A stretch of 64,000 nucleotides of DNA from contig OZ024743.1 of NCBI GenBank assembly GCA_964016885.1, positions 236,964,001-237,028,000 on the forward strand, given 5' to 3'. The notes under the pieces were generated by a model. It was not told where the DNA came from, made no database searches, and worked only from the letters and a program-made list of their open reading frames with translations. Below, piece by piece: positions 55,301 through 64,000 of the stretch. Source of the stretch: Eledone cirrhosa. Lineage: Eukaryota. A program made the translations under genes and the position numbers. Every line of letters begins with the position of its first letter. Positions within the stretch are counted from its first letter, which is position 1.

Positions 55301-58300
55301 CTAAAGTCTGTCTTATTATAGACAGCTACAGTATTTATTAGTCTGTCTAAGTCTAAAGTCTGTCTTATTATAGACAGCTACAGTACTGATTAGTCTGTCT
55401 AAGTCTAAAGTCTGTCTTATTATGGACAGTTACAGTACTGATTAGTCTGTCTAAGTCTAAAGTCTGTCTTATCATAGACAGCTACAGTATTGACAATTCT
55501 GTCTCAGTCTAAAGTCTGTCTTGTTTTAGACAGCTACAGTATTGATTAGTGTGTCTAAGTCTAAAGTCTGTCTTGTAATAGACAGCTACAGTATTGATTA
55601 GTCTGTCTAAGTCTAAAGTCTGTCTTATTATAGACAGCTACAGTATTGATTAGTCTGTCTAAGTCTAAAGTCTGTCTTATTATAGACAGCTACAGTATTG
55701 ACAATTCTGTCTAAGTCTAAAGTCTGTCTTGTTATAGACAGCTACAGTATTGATTAGTCTGTCTAAGTCTAAAGTCTGTCTTGTTATAGACAGCTACAGT
55801 ATTGATTATTCTGTCTAAGTCTAAAGTCTGTCTTATTATGGACAGTAACAGTACTGATTAGTCTGTCTAAGTCTAAAGTCTGTCTTATTATAGACAGCTA
55901 CAGTATTGCCAATTCTGTCTAAGTGTAAAGTCTGTCCTGTTATAGACAGCTACAGTATTGATTAGTCTGTCTAAGTCTAAAGTCTGTCTTATTATAGACA
56001 GCTACAGCATTGACAATTCTGTCTAAGTCTAAAGTGTGTCTTGTTATAGACAGCTACAGTATTGATTACTCTGTCTAAGTCTAAAGTCTGTCTTATCATA
56101 GACAGCTACAGTATTGACAATTCTGTCTCAGTCTAAAGTCTGTCTTGTTTTAGACAGCTACAGTATTGATTAGTCTGTCTAAGTCTAAAGTCTGTATTGT
56201 TATAGACAGCTACAATATTGATTAGTCTGTCTAAGTCTAAAGTCTGTCTTGTTATAGACAGCTACAGTATTAATTAGTCTGTCTAAGTCTAAAGTCTGTC
56301 TTGTTATAGACAGCTACAGTATTGATTATTCTGTCTAAGTCTAAAGTCTGTCTTATTATGGACAGTAACAGTACTGTTTAGTCTGTCTAAGTCTAAAGTC
56401 TGTCTTATTATAGACAGCTACAGTATTGCCAATTCTGTCTAAGTGTAAAGTCTGTCCTGTTATAGACAGCTACAGTATTGATTAGTCTGTCTAATTCTAA
56501 AGTCTGTCTTATTATAGACAGCTACAGTATTGACGATTCTGTCTATGTCTAAAGTCTGAGTTATTATAGACAGCTACAGTATTGATTAGTCTGTCTAAGT
56601 GTAAAGTCTGTCTTGTTATAGACAGCTACAATATTGATTAGTCTGTCTAAGTCTAAAGTCTGTCTTGTTATAGACAGCTACAGTATTGATTAGTCTGTCT
56701 AAGTCTAAAGTCTGTCTTGTTATAGACAGCTACAGTATTGATTATTCTGTCTAAGTCTAAAGTGTGTCTTGTTATAGACAGCTACATTATTGATTACTCT
56801 GTCTAAGTCTAAAGTCTGTCTTATCATAGACAGCTACAGTATTGACAATTCTGTCTCAGTCTAAAGTCTGTCTTGTTTTAGACAGCTACAGTATTAATTA
56901 GTCTGTCTAAGTCTAAAGTCTGTCTTATTATGGACAGTAACAGTACTGATTAGTCTGTCTAAGTCTAAAGTCTGTCTTATTATAGACAGCTACAGTATTG
57001 CCAATTCTGTCTAAGTGTAAAGTCTGTCCTGTTATAGACAGCTACAGTATTGATTAGTCTGTCTAAGTCTAAAGTCTGTCTTATTATAGACAGCTACAGT
57101 ATTGACAATTCTGTCTAAGTCTAACGTGTGTCTTGTTATAGACAGCTACATTATTGATTACTCTGTCTAAGTCTAAAGTCTGTCTTATCATAGACAGCTA
57201 CAGTATTGACAATTCTGTCTCAGTCTAAAGTCTGTCTTGTTTTAGACAGCTACAGTATTGATTAGTCTGTCTAAGTCTAAAGTCTGTCTTGTTATAGACA
57301 GCTACAGTATTGATTAGTCTGTCTAAGTCTAAAGTCTGTCTTATTATAGACAGCCACAGTATTTATTAGTCTGTCTAAGTCTAAAGTCTGTCTTATTATA
57401 GACAGCTGCAGTACTGATTACTCTGTCTAAGTCTAAAGTCTGTCTTGTTATAGACAACTACAGTATTGATTAGTCTGTCTAAGTCTAAAGTCTGTCTTGT
57501 TATAGACAACTACAGTATTGATTAGTCTGTCTAAGTCTAAAATCTTTCTTATTATAGACAGCTACAGTATTGACAATTATGTCTAAGTCTAAAGTCTGTC
57601 TTGTTATAGACAGCTACAGTATTGATTAGTCTGTCTAAGTCTAAAGTCTGTCTTATTATAGACAGCTACAGTACTGATTAGTCTGTCTAAGCCTAAAGTC
57701 TGTCTTGTTATAAACAACTACAGTATTGATTAGTCTGTCTAAGTCTAAAATCTGTCTTATTATAGACAGCTACAGTATTGGCAATTCTGTCTAAGTCTAA
57801 AGTCTGTCTTTTTATAGACAGCTACAGTACTGATTAGTCTGTCTAAGTCTAAAGTCTGTCTTGTTATAGACAGCTACAGTACCGATTAGTCTGTCTAAGT
57901 CTAATGTCTGTCTTGTTATAGACAGCTACAATATTGATTAGTCTGTCTAAGTTTAAAGTTTTTCTTATTATAGACAGCTACAGTACTGATTAGTCTGTCT
58001 AAGTCTAAATTCTATCTTATTATAGACAGCTACAGTATTGATTAGTCTGTTTAAGTCTAAAGACTGTCTTATTATAGACAGCTACAGTATTGACGATTCT
58101 GTCTAAGTCTAAAGTCTGTCTTGTTATAGACAGCTACAGTATTGATTAGTCTGTCTAAGTCTAAAGTCTGTCTTGTTATAGACAGCTACAGTATTGATTA
58201 GTCTGTCTAAGTCTTAAGTCTGTCTTGTTATAGACAGCTACAGTATTGATTAGAATGTCTAAGTCTAAAGTCTGTCTTATTATAGAGAGCTACAGCATTG

Positions 58301-61300
58301 ATTAGTCTGTCTAATTCTAAAGTCCGTCTTATTATAGACAGCTACAGTATTGACAATTCTGTCTAAGTCTAAAGTCTGTCTTTTTATAGACAGCTACAGT
58401 ACTGATTAGTCTGTCTAAGTCTAAAATCTGTCTTATTATAGACAGCTACAGTATTGACAATTCTGTCTACGTCTAAAGTCTGTCTTGTTATAGACAGCTA
58501 CAGTACCGATTAGTCTGTCTAAGTCTAATGTCTGTCTTGTTATAGACAGCTACAGTATTGATTATTCTGTCTAAGTTTAAAGTCTTTCTTAGTATAGACA
58601 GCTACAGTATTGACAATTCTCTCTGAGTCTAAAGTCTGTCTTATTATAGACAGCTACAGTATTGATTAGTCTGTTTAAGTCTAAACTCTGTCTTATTATA
58701 GACAGCTACAGTACTGATCAGTTTGTCTAAGTCTAAAGTCTGTCTTGTTATAGACAGCTACAGCATTGATTAGTCTTTCTAAGTCTAAAGTCTGTCTTAT
58801 TATAGACAGCTACAGTATTGATTAGTCTGTCTAAGTCTAAAGTCTGTCTTATTATAGACAGCTACAGTATTGATTAGTCTGTCTAAGTCTAAAGTATGTC
58901 TTGTTATAGACAGCTACAGTATTGATTAGTCTGTCTAAGTCTAAAGTCTGTCTTATTATAGACAGCTACAGTATTTATTAGTCTGTCTAAGTCTAAAGTC
59001 TGTCTTATTATAGACAGCTACAGTACTGATTAGTCTGTCTAAGTCTAAAGTCTGTCTTATTATGGACAGTTACAGTACTGATTAGTCTGTCTAAGTCTAA
59101 AGTCTGTCTTATCATAGACAGCTACAGTATTGACAATTCTGTCTAAGTGTAAAGGCTGTCCTGTTATAGACAGCTACAGTATTGATTAGTCTGTCTAAGT
59201 CTAAAGTCTGTCTTATTATAGACAGCTACAGCATTGACAATTCTGTCTAAGTCTAAAGTGTGTCTTGTTATAGACAGCTACAGTATTGATTACTCTGTCT
59301 AAGTCTAAAGTCTGTCTTATCATAGACAGCTACAGTATTGACAATTCTGTCTCAGTCTAAAGTCTGTCTTGTTTTAGACAGCTACAGTATTGATTAGTCT
59401 GTCTAAGTCTAAAGTCTGAGTTATTATAGACAGCTACAGTATTGATTAGTCTGTCTAAGTGTAAAGTATGTCTTGTTATAGACAGCTACAATATTGATTA
59501 GTCTGTCTAATTCTAAAGTCTGTCTTGTTATAGACAGCTACAGTATTGATTAGTCTGTCTAAGTCTAAAGTCTGTCTTGTTATAGACAGCTACAGTATTG
59601 ATTATTCTGTCTAAGTCTAAAGTCTGTCTTATTATGGACAGTAACAGTACTGATTAGTCTGTCTAAGTCTAAAGTCTGTCTTATTATAGTCAGCTACAGT
59701 ATTGCCAATTCTGTCTAAGTGTAACGTCTGTCCTGTTATAGACAGCTACAGTATTGATTAGTCTGTCTAAGTCTAGAGTCTGTCTTATTATAGACAGCTA
59801 CAGTATTGACAATTCTGTCTAAGTCTAAAGTGTGTCTTGTTATAGACAGCTACATTATTGATTACTCTGTCTAAGTCTAAAGTCTGTCTTATCATAGACA
59901 GCTACAGTATTGACAATTCTGTCTCAGTCTAAAGTCTGTCTTGTTTTAGACAGCTACAGTATTGATTAGTCTGTCTAAGTCTAAAGTCTGTCTTGTTATA
60001 GACAGCTACAGTATTGATTAGTCTGTCTAAGTCTAAAGTCTGTCTTGTTATAGACAGCCACAGTATTTATTAGTCTGTCTAAGTCTAAAGTCTGTCTTAT
60101 TATAGACAGCTGCAGTACTGATTACTCTGTCTAAGTCTAAAGTCTGTCTTGTTATAGACAACTACAGTATTGATTAGTCTGTCTAAGTCTAAAGTCTGTC
60201 TTGTTATAGACAACTACAGTATTGATTAGTCTGTCTAAGTCTAAAATATTTCTTATTATAGACAGCTACAGTATTGACAATTATGTCTAAGTCTAAAGTC
60301 TGTCTTGTTATAGACAGCTACAGTATTGATTAGTCTGTCTAAGTCTAAAGTCTGTCTTATTATAGACAGCTACAGTACTGATTAGTCTGTCTAAGTCTAA
60401 ATTCTATCTTATTATAGACAGCTACAGTATTGATTAGTCTGTTTAAGTCTAAAGACTGTCTTATTATAGACAGCTACAGTATTGACGATTCTGTCTAAGT
60501 CTAAAGTCTGTCTTGTTATAGACAGCTACAGTGTTGATTAGTCTGTTTAAGTCTAAACTCTGTCTTATTATAGACAGCTACAGTACTGATCAGTTTGTCT
60601 AAGTCTAAAGTCTGTCTTGTTATAGACAGCTACAGTATTGATTAGTCTTTCTAAGTCTAAAGTCTGTCTTATTATAGACAGCTACAGTATTGATTAGTCT
60701 GTCTAAGTCTAAAGTCTGTCTTATTATAGACAGCTACAGTACTGATTAATCTGTCTAAGTCTAAAGTATGTCTTGTTATAGACAGCTACAGTATTGATTA
60801 GTCTGTCTAAGTCTAAAGTCTGTCTTATTATAGACAGCTACAGTACTGATTAGTCTGTCTAAGTCTAAAGTCTGTCTTATTATGGACAGTTACAGTACTG
60901 ATTAGTCTGTCTAAGTCTAAAGTCTGTCTTATTATAGACAGCTACAGTATTGCCAATTCTGTCTAAGTCTAAAGTCTGTCTTGTTATAGACAGCTACAGT
61001 ATTGATTAGTCTGTGTAAGTCTAAAGTCTGTCTTATCATAGACAGCTACAGTATTGACAATTCTGTCTCAGTCTAAAGTCTGTCTTGTTTTAGACAGCTA
61101 CAGTATTGATTAGTGTGTCTAAGTCTAAAGTCTGTCTTGTAATAGACAGCTACAGTATTGATTAGTCTGTCTAAGTCTAAAGTCTGTCTTATTATAGACA
61201 GCTACAGTATTGATTAGTCTGTCTAAGTCTAAAGTCTGTCTTATTATAGACAGCTACAGTATTGACAATTCTGTCTAAGTCTAAAGTCTGTCTTGTTATA

Positions 61301-64000
61301 GACAGCTACAGTATTGATTAGTCTGTCTAAGTCTAAAGTCTGTCTTGTTATAGACAGCTACAGTATTGATTATTCTGTCTAAGTCTAAAGTCTGTCTTAT
61401 TATGGACAGTAACAGTACTGATTAGTCTGTCTAAGTCTAAAGTCTGTCTTATTATAGACAGCTACAGTATTGCCAATTCTGTCTAAGTGTAAAGTCTGTC
61501 CTGTTATAGACAGCTACAGTATTGATTAGTCTGTCTAAGTCTAAAGTCTGTCTTATTATAGACAGCTACAGCATTGACAATTCTGTCTAAGTCTAAAGTG
61601 TGTCTTGTTATAGACAGCTACAGTATTGATTAATCTGTCTATGTCTAAAGTCTGTCTTATCATAGACAGCTACAGTATTGACAATTCTGTCTCAGTCTAA
61701 AGTCTGTCTTGTTTTAGACAGCTACAGTATTGATTAGTCTGTCTAAATCTAAAGTCTGTCTTGTTATAGACAGCTACAATATTGATTAGTCTGTCTAAGT
61801 CTAAAGTCTGTCTTGTTATAGACAGCTACAGTATTGATTAGTCTGTCTAAGTCTAAAGTCTGTCTTGTTATAGACAGCTACAGTATTGATTATTCTGTCT
61901 AAGTCTAAAGTCTGTCTTATTATGGACAGTAACAGTACTGATTAGTGTGTCTAAGTCTAAAGTCTGTCTTATTATAGACAGCTACAGTATTGCCAATTCT
62001 GTCTAAGTGTAAAGTCTGTCCTGTTATAGACAGCTACAGTATTGATTAGTCTGTCTAAGTCTAAAGTCTGTCTTATTATAGACAGCTACAGTATTGACGA
62101 TTCTGTCTATGTCTAAAGTCTGAGTTATTATAGACAGCTACAGTATTGATTAGTCTGTCTAAGTGTAAAGTCTGTCTTGTTATAGACAGCTACAATATTG
62201 ATTAGTCTGTCTAAGTCTAAAGTCTGTCTTGTTATAGACAGCTACAGTATTGATTAGTCTGTCTAAGTCTAAAGTCTGTCTTGTTATAGACAGCTACAGT
62301 ATTGATTATTCTGTCTAAGTCTAAAGTCTGTCTTATTATGGACAGTAACAGTACTGATTAGTCTGTCTAAGTCTAAAGTCTGTCTTATTATAGACAGCTA
62401 CAGTATTGCCAATTCTGTCTAAGTGTAAAGTCTGTCCTGTTATAGACAGCTACAGTATTGATTAGTCTGTCTAAGTCTAAAGTCTGTCTTATTATAGACA
62501 GCTACAGTATTGACAATTCTGTCTAAGTCTAAAGTGTGTCTTGTTATAGACAGCTACATTATTGATTACTCTGTCTAAGTCTAAAGTCTGTCTTATCATA
62601 GACAGCTACAGTATTGACAATTCTGTCTCAGTCTAAAGTCTGTCTTGTTTTAGACAGCTACAGTATTGATTAGTCTGTCTAAGTCTAAAGTCTGTCTTGT
62701 TATAGACAGCTACAGTATTGATTAGTCTGTCTAAGTCTAAAGTCTGTCTTATTATAGACAGCCACAGTATTGATTAGTCTGTCTAAGTCTAAAGTCTGTC
62801 TTATTATAGACAGCTGCAGTACTGATTACTCTGTCTAAGTCTAAAGTCTGTCTTGTTATAGACAACTACAGTATTGATTAGTCTGTCTAAGTCTAAAGTC
62901 TGTCTTGTTATAGACAACTACAGTATTGATTAGTCTGTCTAAGTCTAAAATCTTTTTTATTATAGACAGCTACAGTATTGACAATTTTGTCTAAGTCTAA
63001 AGTCTGTCTTGTTATAGACAGCTACAGTATTTATTAGTCTGTCTAAGTCTAAAGTCTGTCTTATTATAGACAGCTACAGTACTGAATAGTCTGTCTAAGT
63101 CTAAAGTCTGTCTTGTTATAGACAACTACAGTATTGATTAGTCTGTCTAAGTCTAAAGTCTGTCTTATTATAGACAGCTACAGTATTGGCAATTCTGTCT
63201 AAGTCTAAAGTCTGTCTTTTTATAGACAGCTACAGTACTGATTAGTCTGTCTAAGTCTAAACTCTCTCTTGTTATAGACAACTACAGTATTGATTAGTCT
63301 GTCTAAGTCTAAAATCTGTCTTATTATAGACAGCTACTGTATTGACAATTCTTTCTACGTCTAAACTCTGTCTTGTTATAGACAGCTACAGTACCGATTA
63401 GTCTGTCTAAGTCTAATGTCTGTCTTGTTATAGACAGCTACAGTATTGATTAGTCTGTCTAAGTTGAAAGTCTTTCTTAGTATAGACAGCTACAGTACTG
63501 ATTAGTCTGTCTAAGTCTAAACTCTCTCTTCTTATAGACAACTACAGTATTGTTTAGTTTGTCTAAGTCTAAAATCTGTCTTATTATAGACAGCTACAGT
63601 ATTGACAATTGTGTCTACGTCTAAATTCTGTCTTGTTATAGAGAGCTACAGGACCGATTAGTCTGTCTAAGTCTAAAGTCTTTCTTATTATAGACAGCTA
63701 CAGTATTGACAATTCTCTCTAAGTCTAAAGTCTGTCTTGTTATAGACAGCTACAGTATTGATTACTCTGTCTAAGACTAAAGTCTGTCTTATCATAGACA
63801 GCTACTGTATTGACAATTCTGTCTCAGTCTAAAGTCTGTCTTGTTTTAGACAGCTACAGTATTGATTAGTCTGTCTAACTCTAAAGTCTGTCTTGTTATA
63901 GACAGCTACAGTATTGATTAGTATGTCTAAGTCTAAAGTCTGTCTTATTATAGACAGCTACAGTATTGATTAGTCTGTCTAAGTCTAAAGTTTGTCTTAT
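19300..64000 (+). repeat. Right satellite sub-domain with higher-order repeat of ~63-70 monomers (~3.3-3.6 kb)
   Basis: Marker cassette TTAGAATGTC...TAGAGA(G/T)CTACAGCATTG...GTCCGTC, with GAATG at 19981, 23617, 26892, 30271, 36146, 39478, 43118, 51281, 54613 and 58253. Spacings include 3,636, 3,275, 3,379, 3,332 and 3,640. Confidence 0.9.
30900..64000 (+). repeat. Near-identical ~15-kb tandem macro-repeat (offset 15,135 bp, then 14,823 bp), just over two copies
   Basis: Rare markers paired at 15,135 bp: 31051/46186, 32801/47936, 33371/48506, 36601/51736, 37011/52146, 38581/53716, 44011/59146. After a 312-bp loss the offset is 14,823 (45571/60394, 47936/62759). Confidence 0.93.

Larger units (their letters stand above)
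1..64000 (+). repeat. Tandem satellite DNA array, 52-bp monomer (~1,230 copies), extending beyond both window ends
   Basis: CTACAG recurs at 1, 53, 105, 157 and so on. Consensus CTACAGTATTGATTAGTCTGTCTAAGTCTAAAGTCTGTCTTRTTATAGACAG; copies usually differ by 0-5 substitutions; no intervening unique DNA. Orientation is constant except at 4444-4832. Confidence 0.99.

Noticed and set aside
1-64000. CRISPR array or other repeat-spacer system
   Set aside because: There are no unique spacers; the entire 52 bp is repeated, the variable positions are shared point variants, and no cas genes or leader are present.
1-64000. Repetitive protein-coding ORF on either strand
   Set aside because: The + strand has stops at monomer positions 10, 14, 23, 29 and 46. 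Minus-strand stops all fall in one frame per monomer, but 52 is not divisible by 3, so every frame closes within about 2-3 monomers.
1-64000. Telomeric repeat array (TTAG-containing)
   Set aside because: TTAG occurs once per 52 bp without G-runs; the unit is long and variable, with HOR structure unlike telomerase products. A subtelomeric location cannot be excluded.
1-64000. Rolling-circle or concatemer sequencing artefact of a single 52-mer
   Set aside because: Variants recur in ordered, hierarchical blocks at exact offsets, which random read error would not produce.

Overview
The whole 64 kb window is one AT-rich (~33-35% GC) tandem satellite array of a 52-bp monomer, consensus CTACAGTATTGATTAGTCTGTCTAAGTCTAAAGTCTGTCTTRTTATAGACAG, about 1,230 copies. 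It runs off both ends. I see no unique sequence, ORF, RNA gene, transposon or CRISPR array, and I cannot assign the satellite to a named family or organism. Its size and hierarchy suggest eukaryotic (peri)centromeric or heterochromatic DNA, which is inference. The interest lies in the internal architecture, read by eye from shared variants: (i) one ~390-bp inverted segment (4444-4832) whose breakpoints fall on short motifs present on both strands of the monomer; (ii) a 38-bp 'scar' monomer with templated-looking filler, duplicated at 298 bp; (iii) three variant domains with nested periods of 156, 468, ~2.4-2.8 kb, ~3.3-3.6 kb, 6,792 and 15,135/14,823 bp; (iv) a mosaic, conversion-like patch at 47585-47690. 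I found no protein- or RNA-based novel system. Block boundaries are approximate (about one monomer). Marker offsets were counted from the printed coordinates.
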